Virus record (IMG/VR): IMGVR_UViG_3300035701_000003
Length of the DNA: 64,000 nucleotides
From: a virus
Strand: one strand, 5' to 3'
Of the stretch, positions 28,344 to 37,818 are shown in pieces. The notes beneath the pieces were generated by a model. It was given only the letters and a program-made list of their open reading frames with translations, was not told the origin of the DNA and made no database searches. The translations under genes and the position numbers were made by a program. The stretch's first letter is position 1. The number at the start of each line of letters is the position of its first letter.

Positions 28344-28661
28344 ATGAATGAGAAAACAACTTGGCAAGATAGATTAAAAGAGAAACTAAAGTTAGCCATT
28401 TTTAAAGATAGTTGGGGTTATGAAATAATTGAGACAGATGCCGATGGATTCTTCAAGGTTCTCAATGATGGCATCTCCGAACTTCTTAAAGAACAGAGAA
28501 AGATATGTGCTAAACAATATGAACTTTATAGTTGCCTCACTAAACAATATGACCTTTATAGTTGCCTCAAAGACTCAGAAAGATATATTAAAAACAGAAT
28601 TGAAAACGCATCAGACCCTAAAGGACAACCACTATGGGCAGATACAGGAGAAATAAAATGA
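28344..28661 (+). CDS. Hypothetical protein with a 10-aa tandem duplication
   Basis: KQYELYSCLT KQYDLYSCLK; start 28344 after GGAGAAATAAA. Confidence 0.55.
   Translation: MNEKTTWQDRLKEKLKLAIFKDSWGYEIIETDADGFFKVLNDGISELLKEQRKICAKQYELYSCLTKQYDLYSCLKDSERYIKNRIENASDPKGQPLWADTGEIK
28511..28569 (+). repeat. 30-bp tandem repeat, 2 copies
   Basis: taaacaatatga(a/c)ctttatagttgcctca twice. Confidence 0.9.
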
Positions 28662-28879
28662 AGCTATACAAAGTTAATATTGCATATCGTTATGACCATC
28701 GAAGTTCATCTACATTCTTTGTGGTTGCAAAAGACGTAGCCAGTGCCGAAAAAATAGCAAGTGATACATTCAAAAAATATGATTATGGAGATTTTCATAT
28801 TCATAGTTTAGAGATAATCGCAGAAGAAGGACAATATTCAAAACCAGATATTTTAGTTATCGAAGGAGAAATAAAATGA
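28658..28879 (+). CDS. Hypothetical protein
   Basis: MKLYKVNIAY...; GGAG RBS. Confidence 0.55.
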   Translation: MKLYKVNIAYRYDHRSSSTFFVVAKDVASAEKIASDTFKKYDYGDFHIHSLEIIAEEGQYSKPDILVIEGEIK

Positions 28880-29064
28880 ATTGGCGAGGTCGAATAAAAG
28901 ACATACCGTTTTATAGAGAACCGCAAGACAAAGACATTGTTTACCTACAAGAGACTAAATTGATGCAAGTCGTCTCTCAACTTCTTAAAGAAGTAAGAGA
29001 TGAAGAGAAGAAAAAATGGACTAAATTATTAAAACAATCTACCCCTTATAAAAAGGAGAAGTAA
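28876..29064 (+). CDS. Hypothetical protein
   Basis: 62 aa, GGAG RBS. Confidence 0.5.
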   Translation: MNWRGRIKDIPFYREPQDKDIVYLQETKLMQVVSQLLKEVRDEEKKKWTKLLKQSTPYKKEK

Positions 29065-29065
29065 A

Positions 29066-29416
29066 ATGAAGAGTAACATTATCCATATGCACAAATATAA
29101 AAAAATGTTATATCAACTAGGTGAAAATTTTAAATTGGCCCGATTAAGAAGAAAACTTACAAAAGAACAAGTGTGTGAAAGAGCCAATATAACATTGGGA
29201 ACATTAAACTTGATTGAATCAGGTTATGAAAATGTAAATTTTATAGATTATTTTAGAGTTTTGATTGTATTTGATTTAGCTGAAGATATAACAAAATTAG
29301 CAAGTGATGATGTTTTGGGAAGAAAATTACAAGATATAGAAACCTTGCAAAATGAGGTTAATGCGAAGACCATGAAGAGTTTTATAAAAACTATATTCTA
29401 TCAATATATCCAGTAG
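29066..29416 (+). CDS. XRE-family helix-turn-helix regulator
   Basis: LGENFKLARLRRKLTKEQVCERANITLGTLNLIESG...LASDDVLGRKLQD. Confidence 0.85.
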   Translation: MKSNIIHMHKYKKMLYQLGENFKLARLRRKLTKEQVCERANITLGTLNLIESGYENVNFIDYFRVLIVFDLAEDITKLASDDVLGRKLQDIETLQNEVNAKTMKSFIKTIFYQYIQ

Positions 29417-29439
29417 GACCTGTTACTATTGAATTTGCT

Positions 29440-29640
29440 CCAGTATAACCAGTATAACCAGTTCTGAATTTAGAACTACTTACTGGAAACAATATTTCTC
29501 AACTCTAGAAAAAGTAACTAAGTAACATTTATACTTTTTTCGAACCTGCCTTTGAGTGACCTTTGAGTGTGAAATTTTCAAGATTCTACCTATATCTGAT
29601 GTAGTTAAAAAATTGTAATAGATAAAGGTAGAGGAAGAAT
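29440..29640 (+). promoter_or_regulatory. Intergenic control region with short direct repeats and hairpins, one covering the putative RBS of the 1594-aa gene
   Basis: CCAGTATAA x2 plus CCAGT (29440-29462); CTTTGAGTG x2; TCTACCTATATC (29585-29596) pairs with GATAAAGGTAGA (29621-29632) with one mismatch. Confidence 0.5.
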
Positions 29641-32600
29641 ATGATACCTTCACGAAGTTTTTATAGTATTTCCCACAGAACGAGAGAGATACTAAATTCT
29701 ATCAATTCTGTATTGAAAAACAATGAACCATTACCTATTTTATCTACCATAAAAAGCGAACCTCCGATTGTTAAATCCTCCCCTGATAAGATTAATTTTA
29801 AAGATGCTATAGAGAGTAAGCGATTTTCCTATATAGGAATGTCTCTATACAAGGGAGCAAGCGAAGATGGTAATATAGGTAGAATATGGGTTAAGAAAGA
29901 GATTATAGACCCTAAGACGGGTGAGAAGCAGGAATGGTTAGTAACGTATACTACAGACGAAGATGACTTAGTTTATTCATTGGCAAGCAAGAGAATGAAG
30001 AAAATTGCTGACTACGGCCCTTTCGGAGTAGACGAACTTAAACATACTCAAGAAGGTATTGATAAAGCCGTTCAAGGTTTAGATATGCCTGAACTCGAAG
30101 ATACTGTTAACCCTCTCAAAGTACCTACTACTGACGCAGAAGCGAGAGATAGTACGGGGCATCAAGTACAGATGGGAAATGTAGTAGAGAATGAATTTAA
30201 TAAGCAAGGCGAAGTAGTTGATATATTAGGGCCTGACAAATTAGTTGTTAAATGGATGGATAAACCTTATAGTGAAGGCGAGATGGGAGATACTATAGCA
30301 TCAAGTGATATAGTAGTGGTTGGCTCTCAGAAGACAGCTTTTGATTACCGTGAAAATCTAATGAAAGGCTATAAGAAGCCATTGCCCGAATTGCAACCTG
30401 GTGATAGGGTAGAAGATACAAGAACAAAGAATATTGGTCTGGTAAAGGATATACAAGGAGATCTTGTAGAAGTAGATATGGGCACACATTCAATGAAAGT
30501 GCCTATAAGCGCAATAAACAAGCTGAGTGCTTTAAACAAACATAGTGTGAATATACAGATTATACCTGTTACTAGCTGGCAAAGAGGTAAGGTTGATCCT
30601 ACCGAATATGATGCCACTACTGATACTATAAGGGTTAGAGGGGATTATGATGTAAATAATGATCCTGCCGGATGGATGGTACACGAAAAGGTACACGCAA
30701 CATTAGCTGCAGCCGGTCAACAAAACAACTCAGGGAATTACCCCGATAATCCTATAGAGGAAAGAGCTTATAAAACACAATTTAATTATTTGAAATCTTT
30801 AGGACATACTTTTGATGATATATTTCAAATACCTACTATGGAACATAAAGCGCCTTATAGAAATATATTTGCAAAATGGTGGAACGCATCTTCTCCTCAA
30901 CAGCTTCCTACTTTAAGAACAGCCGGACAACCTAAACCGCAGGATATACCTATTGCGCCCGGTATCAAATCCAAGAATATTACAATGGATGAATCAGGTG
31001 GTGGAGGAACAGCGAAGGTTACAGTAGAGTTCAGTGACGTGAATAAAGGTTTGCAATTTTATCAAGAAGAAGTAGGACAACCACAAGCTCCACCTAAACC
31101 TCCTGAACAACCTAAAGAAGAAGAGAAACCCGAAGCCTCCGCGGAACAAGGACCCCCTCCCGTGCAAGGTCCTCAGTTACCTAATTTACCTACAGCGCGT
31201 TTGAAGTTTAATTTACAAGTTATCAGTAAAGTAGTCCACAGAAAAGACGGTTGGCATGTAGTTAGCGAAGAAGGAAAGAACTTAGGAGGCCCTTACCCTG
31301 AGAAAAAGAAGGCTATTAAAAGACTAAAACAAGTAGAATACTTTAAACATCATGGAAGCGCTGATGTAGTTAAAATGGATGTTCCATTTTTAATTAGGGA
31401 AATGGAATACTCTAAAGAAGATGCTAAAACTGATCAAGACTTACATAAAGCTACGGAGAATATGATTGATGAAGGCGATAAAGTATTAGAAATGAGTGAT
31501 TACGATAAGATATTTGATAAACCTAAGAAAGGTTCATTAAAGTTATCTTGGCAAGAACAAGGGCCAGGTGAAGATTTTCATCAAAACTTAGTGGATGAAG
31601 CCTATGATTTATGGCAGAAACCAGAGAATAATTGGAATAAAGACCAGTTTCTCCAGAACCTTCCTTCTCAAGCACACAGAGACGCTGTAATATTAGGTAA
31701 TCTTAACTATCAAGTAGGTAATGGGGGTTTTGAGCAATGGTTTGGTAATGATTATGGAGATAGAGATGCTGAATATTTAATAGGTACTTTACTTCCTGCT
31801 ATCGGTACCCCATCCGCTAAGAGAGTCATGTACTTAGTAGAGGAAGCTTACGACCTACGTGAAGAATATGATCCTTACGAAGGAGAACCTAACGAAGACG
31901 CCTCGAACGATTTAGACAATCTAGATAGCGAATATTATGCTATAGATGATGAGTTTATGAAAGATGTCAACCAATATTTATATAAACTAAAGATTCAAGG
32001 TTCATTAATATTCTCCTCTTCTGTAAAACAAGCAGCGTCCGATATTCATGATTATTTAGCAGAGAATGTAAGAGATACTGAAGATTTAGATGAAAGAGAT
32101 GTACAAAGAATAACAGAAAGAATATTATCACAACCATGGTGTAACTCTTCAAAGGAAAAAGTATTAAAACAAGTAAGAGATTGGATAGGATTAGAAAAAG
32201 AATCCTCAGCTGACGAAATACATACGTGGATAAGAGTTAAAAGAGTATTAGATGAAATGGGCGTAGACGAAACTACAGCAGCCAAATTCGTTGAAGATGT
32301 CAAAAAGTACTGGCAGGAATATATAGAATTACCTGATGAACAGATATATGATGCTTATAAAGCTTGGAAAGATGAAGAAGGCCCCAGAAAAATGACTGAT
32401 GAAGATTGGGACCAAAGATTCGAAAATGATGCTTTCAACAGAGAACAATTTGGTAGCAAAAAAGCTTCCTTAAAATTCTCACAAACAGAAGAAGATTATG
32501 ATTTTTATAATGATAATTATAGATTCAATTCTGGAGAAGAGCACGAGTGTGAAGACTGTGGAGCACCAGGAGCTAAATTATATAACACCTTCGGCCAAAA

Positions 32601-34425
32601 ACTTCAAATAGGAGGTTTTAGTAGTGATTTAGAGTTATGCGATAATTGTCATAAAGAGAGGTTTCCAGAACACTGGCGTTACAAGAAAAAAGCATCTTAC
32701 ATATATAAGCCCGGTGAGCAGATAGGTTATCATGGTAGGGAAGGCCGTATAGTTCGAGAAGATAATGGTGGTTACATTGTTTACTTTACGGATACCAACG
32801 AAGAACAATGGTTAGATAAAGAGGAATTACTCGAGCAGGAAGGATTAAAAGAACCAGAAAATGAATTTGATAAAGTACTCAAACTAAGAGATAGAGCAAG
32901 AGAAAGGAGAGACACAGATATGTCTAAAGAAACAAATTTTACCTTATGGTTTAACAAAAATAAAAATGAAACTTCCTATTGGGAAGGTTATTCTAATTTT
33001 ATTAAAACAGCTGCTCAACATAAACAGTTCAAAGATTGGATGAAAGAGAAGTTCGCAGATGTAGTAATAGAGGACGAACCCGAAACTAAGGATGGGGCTG
33101 CCTATGAATTACCTGATGGAAGTGGTTTTATGACTGGTACCGTTGGAAGTAAACAAGCTTCAGGAGTAGCCCTTAATATATTACCAGACCTCTTTGAAGA
33201 TAAGTTCGCGATGAGTAAGATACCTCCAGAATTAAGATTACTTCGCTCCAATGCTAAGCAAGCTCTTAGTAAAGTAGTAGAGCATATGCAAGTATTAGGA
33301 CGAGAGAGTACCCCAGCCGACTTCCCAATGGAATGGTTTTATAAGGATCAAGGTTATGTAGTTCCAGATAGTATAGGAGAGGTAAGAGCCCAATTACAAG
33401 AGATTATAGATTACGCCAACCGCGCAACTGGTAATAATTTCTATGGTAATATGAAGTCTTCTTTTAAAGTAATATCAAAGAGTGGGTTGCAAGGAGTTGA
33501 AATTATAAGAGAACTAATAGATGGAAAGATAAATAAATATGGTTACATCAATGAAAAGAACCAGTTTGTGGTGCTACCTAATTATAGAGAACTCCGTATA
33601 AACAGTCAATTAAATAGGCCTGATACAGGTGAAACAGTAAAAGTGATCAAATACGTTGATGTTTCGTTAGGTAGCACTGCTAATATGGTAGAGACTCTTA
33701 TGAAGAAGAAAGCAGGCGATGAAGCAGATGATTTAGCCGAAAAAGAGTGGTCTGATAAAGGGGAAGAAGATTGGAGTAGAAAACCCTCAGAAGGATTCAT
33801 ACCTACAAATAGAGGAATGCAGACACCCGACGATATAGTAAGTGATTTAACCTTTTTGAATTATGCTTATAATAGAGATAGATCTCCAGAAATAACTCCA
33901 GAGCGTTGGGCTAAGGTATATGGTCCCAACACAGAAACTATGGAAATGCGTTATCAAAGAGAAAAAGCTTCTGGCAAAACATTTACTAAAAAGGATATAA
34001 ATAAGGCTTTTATAAAATACGCTATTGATGTTAGCGATGAAATACCTCCAATGGGATGGGATGCTAGTACTCCTGGAAAACCAGCTGGGGCAGGAGCACC
34101 CAAGGAACCTATGCAGGGATTACAGGATAAGGATAAAGAACAAGAAGAAAAGAAGAATGTAATTTATGATAGTTCTAGTGATACAGGACCTCAATTCCAA
34201 ACTACTATTAATCCAGCTACAAAAGAGGTTACAGTGAAGTTTATGGATTCCCCTCAAAAGGAAGCTCTTGATGATGCAATGAAGACTCAAATGCAAAGCC
34301 CTCAGCTTCCTACGTTAAATACTACTCCACAGAATAATCAAGGAACACCAGGTACTCCAGGTGGACCGGGAGCAAACGAGGAACCGAATCAGTTTAAGAA
34401 TCAACAAGTACCAGTAAGTTTTTAA
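29641..34425 (+). CDS. 1594-aa multi-module (polyvalent/polyprotein-like) protein: KOW/SH3-like repeats, zincin HExxH domain, DMP19/DUF4375-like domain, Zn ribbon
   Basis: VHEKVH...PIEERAY; LNYQVGNGGFEQWFGN; CEDC...CDNC; GKNLGGPY...KRLKQVEYFK; modules separated by K/R-x-A/S sites. Confidence 0.7.
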   Translation: MIPSRSFYSISHRTREILNSINSVLKNNEPLPILSTIKSEPPIVKSSPDKINFKDAIESKRFSYIGMSLYKGASEDGNIGRIWVKKEIIDPKTGEKQEWLVTYTTDEDDLVYSLASKRMKKIADYGPFGVDELKHTQEGIDKAVQGLDMPELEDTVNPLKVPTTDAEARDSTGHQVQMGNVVENEFNKQGEVVDILGPDKLVVKWMDKPYSEGEMGDTIASSDIVVVGSQKTAFDYRENLMKGYKKPLPELQPGDRVEDTRTKNIGLVKDIQGDLVEVDMGTHSMKVPISAINKLSALNKHSVNIQIIPVTSWQRGKVDPTEYDATTDTIRVRGDYDVNNDPAGWMVHEKVHATLAAAGQQNNSGNYPDNPIEERAYKTQFNYLKSLGHTFDDIFQIPTMEHKAPYRNIFAKWWNASSPQQLPTLRTAGQPKPQDIPIAPGIKSKNITMDESGGGGTAKVTVEFSDVNKGLQFYQEEVGQPQAPPKPPEQPKEEEKPEASAEQGPPPVQGPQLPNLPTARLKFNLQVISKVVHRKDGWHVVSEEGKNLGGPYPEKKKAIKRLKQVEYFKHHGSADVVKMDVPFLIREMEYSKEDAKTDQDLHKATENMIDEGDKVLEMSDYDKIFDKPKKGSLKLSWQEQGPGEDFHQNLVDEAYDLWQKPENNWNKDQFLQNLPSQAHRDAVILGNLNYQVGNGGFEQWFGNDYGDRDAEYLIGTLLPAIGTPSAKRVMYLVEEAYDLREEYDPYEGEPNEDASNDLDNLDSEYYAIDDEFMKDVNQYLYKLKIQGSLIFSSSVKQAASDIHDYLAENVRDTEDLDERDVQRITERILSQPWCNSSKEKVLKQVRDWIGLEKESSADEIHTWIRVKRVLDEMGVDETTAAKFVEDVKKYWQEYIELPDEQIYDAYKAWKDEEGPRKMTDEDWDQRFENDAFNREQFGSKKASLKFSQTEEDYDFYNDNYRFNSGEEHECEDCGAPGAKLYNTFGQKLQIGGFSSDLELCDNCHKERFPEHWRYKKKASYIYKPGEQIGYHGREGRIVREDNGGYIVYFTDTNEEQWLDKEELLEQEGLKEPENEFDKVLKLRDRARERRDTDMSKETNFTLWFNKNKNETSYWEGYSNFIKTAAQHKQFKDWMKEKFADVVIEDEPETKDGAAYELPDGSGFMTGTVGSKQASGVALNILPDLFEDKFAMSKIPPELRLLRSNAKQALSKVVEHMQVLGRESTPADFPMEWFYKDQGYVVPDSIGEVRAQLQEIIDYANRATGNNFYGNMKSSFKVISKSGLQGVEIIRELIDGKINKYGYINEKNQFVVLPNYRELRINSQLNRPDTGETVKVIKYVDVSLGSTANMVETLMKKKAGDEADDLAEKEWSDKGEEDWSRKPSEGFIPTNRGMQTPDDIVSDLTFLNYAYNRDRSPEITPERWAKVYGPNTETMEMRYQREKASGKTFTKKDINKAFIKYAIDVSDEIPPMGWDASTPGKPAGAGAPKEPMQGLQDKDKEQEEKKNVIYDSSSDTGPQFQTTINPATKEVTVKFMDSPQKEALDDAMKTQMQSPQLPTLNTTPQNNQGTPGTPGGPGANEEPNQFKNQQVPVSF

Positions 34426-34428
34426 GTT

Positions 34429-34782
34429 ATGAGTAATTGGCGAAAAGTATTAAGTTGGCAAGTACAACCCGAAGCTCCTAAAGATACTAGAGCTTTATTT
34501 AGAGATATATCAATGAGAAAACCAAGTAGCTGGGCGGAAGTAGGGACTTATGATTTTCATCAATTCGATACTTTACATCAACAGGCTCTTTTGGGAAAGC
34601 GTGTAATAGAAGGATATGTAGCAACTCCCTATAGTACTATTACACCACTTTATGATATCTCCGGAAGAACATCTGAATTTATATTACATAATCAAGCAGA
34701 TGATTTTTATTATTATATAAATACCGAAGGTTTCTCTTATGCAAGATATACATTTAGAATATTAAATTTTCCAAACGCGTGA
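34429..34782 (+). CDS. Tagged hypothetical protein (WRKVLSWQVQ leader)
   Basis: MSNWRKVLSWQVQ; C-terminal YINTEGFSYARY. Confidence 0.6.
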   Translation: MSNWRKVLSWQVQPEAPKDTRALFRDISMRKPSSWAEVGTYDFHQFDTLHQQALLGKRVIEGYVATPYSTITPLYDISGRTSEFILHNQADDFYYYINTEGFSYARYTFRILNFPNA

Positions 34783-35000
34783 AAAATTGGTTTACAGAAA
34801 ATAGTAAATGGCTATATCCAACTATAACCTTTTTCGGGGGGGCGCTGATTGGATTCTATCTTTGTATTTTAAGATATGAAAGCGAAATTGATGTTATGAA
34901 AGTAGAACTTAAATTGGAGATTTATAAGGTAGCTGACGCTATTTCGGATTTGAAAAATTTAATTCAAAATAGAGTATTGACAAAAGTAAAAGAAAAATGA
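34779..35000 (+). CDS. Small membrane protein
   Basis: One transmembrane segment followed by a coiled coil. Confidence 0.5.
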   Translation: MKNWFTENSKWLYPTITFFGGALIGFYLCILRYESEIDVMKVELKLEIYKVADAISDLKNLIQNRVLTKVKEK

Positions 35001-35128
35001 TAATTTATTATTGTACTGTTACAACTACTGATGGCCATACTTATATGTATGGTTATTATCCATATTCTTACTGGTTAAATACAACTGGTAATGTTATTGT
35101 AACTGAAATAAACAAGTTTGAAAGTTAA
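34997..35128 (+). CDS. Small hypothetical protein (43 aa; not in the ORF track)
   Basis: MIIYYCTVTTTDGHTYMYGYYP...; ATGA overlap. Confidence 0.35.
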   Translation: MIIYYCTVTTTDGHTYMYGYYPYSYWLNTTGNVIVTEINKFES

Positions 35129-35149
35129 TTAAACACAGGAGATAAAACA

Positions 35150-37642
35150 ATGGGAAGGATCATAATACCCGAATTCAATAAACCAAAGAGTACAGCTCCC
35201 GCTTGGATTGATGCTGAAGCTCTTAAGGAAGCCAGTTCACAAGAAGCTGCGGAAAGAGAAGAGGTACTTTCCAAGATCTCTTCCCAAAGCGAAGACCTTG
35301 TAATTTCCTATATTGCCCCATCTACGGGGAAGATATATTTTGCTGGCGAACCTAGATTAGTTGTTCAAGCAAGAATGGCTAAGGCTAGTAATCAACCCGT
35401 AGAATTCACAGACCCTGAAACAGGGGAGAAATTACATTCCTATAGAGTATCTAAAAAGATTAGCCATATTGATAGTCTTAAATATTCTAATGAAACGGAG
35501 GTAATGCCTCGAGTCGAAAAAACATCAGGGGTATATACTAATACCTTTGTGGATAGGCATGTAGTCTATAAAACATTGGATGCGTTACAGAGATATGCTT
35601 CACAGAATGGGTTATCTTTAGCAAGAGCCCGTTACCTGAAGGGGGAATACGGCCAGAAGAAACTAGGGTCTGAATTAATAACTATAGCTAAGATACAAGC
35701 GGAACTAGAGTGGAGCTACGGTAGAAACCAAAAAGGTAGAATATTCGCTAATGCTGAAATAGATACTGCTGGTAAGATACAAATGCCTAAAACTTTTAAG
35801 ATAGCATCCGGCGAGGAATTTGAATTTAATAAGGATAATATTAGATTAATGGAGAAGGATTCAACATTTAGAGAGTTAATTGCTATTAAACCGAAAAAGA
35901 GTGACGTGCCTCAAATAAGGAGACCCGATATATCTAACTTTATGGCAACGTCTTCTATGAAGACTGGAGGTCCTGTTCCTACTAATGTACCTCCTCAGAA
36001 TACTAATACTACTAATCCTCAGGAACAGTTCCAGCCTGGTAGCCAATATATTAACCCTGCTGATAATAAAACTTATACTGTTAAGAATTATGATCCTCAG
36101 AAGGGAGCAACTGTTACATCACCAGAAGGCCAGGATATGTTAGTACCACAGGATCAAGTTCAGAATCTTAAACCAGTTATGAAAACATCCGCTTATGAAT
36201 TTTCTGTAGAGACTATGGCGGACGACCTTTTACGAAAACTTTCTAAGAAGGATAAAAAAGAAGAAGATAAAGGTGAGAAGAAGGATAAAAAAGAAGATAA
36301 AGATGATGAAGATGATATGGTTGATAAACTGACGAAAAAGGATAAGAAAGAAGATAAGAAAGAAAAGGAAAAGGATAAAAAAGAAGAGAAGGGCGAAAAG
36401 GACGAAAAGGAAGATTGTTCAGACCATATGTCTTCTCTTAAAAAAAAAGATAACGCCGTCCTCGAAACAAAGTCTTCGAGAGTAGCCAATATGGGAAGAA
36501 GATGGTTAGAGATAAGAGATGAAATACGTAGTAAACAAGCTTCTCAACGAACCGCCACATCAAAACATACTTTTCAGGATGAAGTAGTTGAAGAACTAAC
36601 TAAAAGAGGTTATAAAGCCTTAAAATCACTTGAGGTTAAACCCAACGAAGCCGGAAGAGACCCAAAGACCAATATACCTACCAAGAGTTCCGGAGACGTG
36701 GAAATAGGAATGACTGACTTCCCTGACTTTACTAAACCTATACAAGAAGCACAAGCGGAAATAATTAAAGATAGAGAACACTTCACTAATGAAGATAAAC
36801 TGCCAGTATACAATATGAGAAGAAACGAATTGAAGAAGTATATGGATGATGAAAAAGGTGGAGAGAAGAATTACGGTTTAAGCGAAGAAGCAAGAGGTGA
36901 TAAAGACTTTAAGAACCCAGATCCTTTTAGAAAGAAATCATCAACGGATGAGGATATAGCAAATGCACTTATCAATAAGACCGCAGCTGATGAAGAAGAA
37001 AAGGTAGATGTAAGACCTATTCAATATAAACCTCAAAAGAGAGCACCTGGGTTGGAGGAATTCAAAGAGCCTGAAGTTATACCAGAAGCTGAAGGTAAAG
37101 CAAAGGAAGCCATTACAAAGTTCCGGAAGGTACAAGCTGACATTGAACAAACTAGGAAGCAACTGCAGGAAGCTATAGCTCCAATTCAAAAACAACTAAT
37201 GGATACTCAAAAACCTTTTCAGGAAGATTTAGTAAAGAAACAAGAATCCTTTTCTAGTTACTTGGAGATGATTTATACCCAGTTAGGAGAAACCAAAGAT
37301 AAGATCGCAGCCTATGGCGATAAGATACTAGCTATAGTGGAGAGAGGCAAACGAGAAACTAAATCTCCCACGATAGCCCAGTTGTTAAAGAGATTAGAAG
37401 AAGTAGAACCCGAAGTGTTTACAGCTGTTCAGAATGTAAAGGAAGCTATGGAAAATGAACATGTGAGTAATGTATTAGAAAGATACTTATATGATTATGA
37501 TATAAGTAAAGAACATGAGAAGAAGAAAGTTATAAGAACAAGTGACGACGAAGGTTCCTTTAATGAAGCATTGAAAGTATTGAAAGTAGCTTTAATGGGA
37601 TTACTTAACCTCAACGATAAATTGCGATTCGAGGAGGTATAA
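35150..37642 (+). CDS. 830-aa probable head/scaffold-associated protein with a K/D/E low-complexity tract and coiled coil
   Basis: KKDKKEEDK tract about 36240-36420; many K/R-x-A/S sites (KEAS, KTSA, KQAS, RTAT, KTAA); GGAG RBS. Confidence 0.5.
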   Translation: MGRIIIPEFNKPKSTAPAWIDAEALKEASSQEAAEREEVLSKISSQSEDLVISYIAPSTGKIYFAGEPRLVVQARMAKASNQPVEFTDPETGEKLHSYRVSKKISHIDSLKYSNETEVMPRVEKTSGVYTNTFVDRHVVYKTLDALQRYASQNGLSLARARYLKGEYGQKKLGSELITIAKIQAELEWSYGRNQKGRIFANAEIDTAGKIQMPKTFKIASGEEFEFNKDNIRLMEKDSTFRELIAIKPKKSDVPQIRRPDISNFMATSSMKTGGPVPTNVPPQNTNTTNPQEQFQPGSQYINPADNKTYTVKNYDPQKGATVTSPEGQDMLVPQDQVQNLKPVMKTSAYEFSVETMADDLLRKLSKKDKKEEDKGEKKDKKEDKDDEDDMVDKLTKKDKKEDKKEKEKDKKEEKGEKDEKEDCSDHMSSLKKKDNAVLETKSSRVANMGRRWLEIRDEIRSKQASQRTATSKHTFQDEVVEELTKRGYKALKSLEVKPNEAGRDPKTNIPTKSSGDVEIGMTDFPDFTKPIQEAQAEIIKDREHFTNEDKLPVYNMRRNELKKYMDDEKGGEKNYGLSEEARGDKDFKNPDPFRKKSSTDEDIANALINKTAADEEEKVDVRPIQYKPQKRAPGLEEFKEPEVIPEAEGKAKEAITKFRKVQADIEQTRKQLQEAIAPIQKQLMDTQKPFQEDLVKKQESFSSYLEMIYTQLGETKDKIAAYGDKILAIVERGKRETKSPTIAQLLKRLEEVEPEVFTAVQNVKEAMENEHVSNVLERYLYDYDISKEHEKKKVIRTSDDEGSFNEALKVLKVALMGLLNLNDKLRFEEV

Positions 37643-37647
37643 ATTGA

Positions 37648-37818
37648 ATGAAACTAGTAAATTTTTATTTCCGCTGTAAGTGCGGGAAATATTTAGCTTT
37701 TCATACTACTGAGGAGATTCAGGGATGCCCAAAATGTATGAGCATCCTTCGCTTACCTAAGGTGTTTATTAACTATCTATTGACACGTGAGAGAGATGGA
37801 AAAGAAGAACTGGCGTGA
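37648..37818 (+). CDS. Small Zn-finger protein (56 aa; not in the ORF track)
   Basis: MKLVNFYFRCKCGK...GCPKCM... Confidence 0.55.
   Translation: MKLVNFYFRCKCGKYLAFHTTEEIQGCPKCMSILRLPKVFINYLLTRERDGKEELA

Noticed and set aside
34779-35000. MKNW start as a tag
   Set aside because: Continues FTENSKW into a transmembrane segment, without R-x-x-L-S-W-Q
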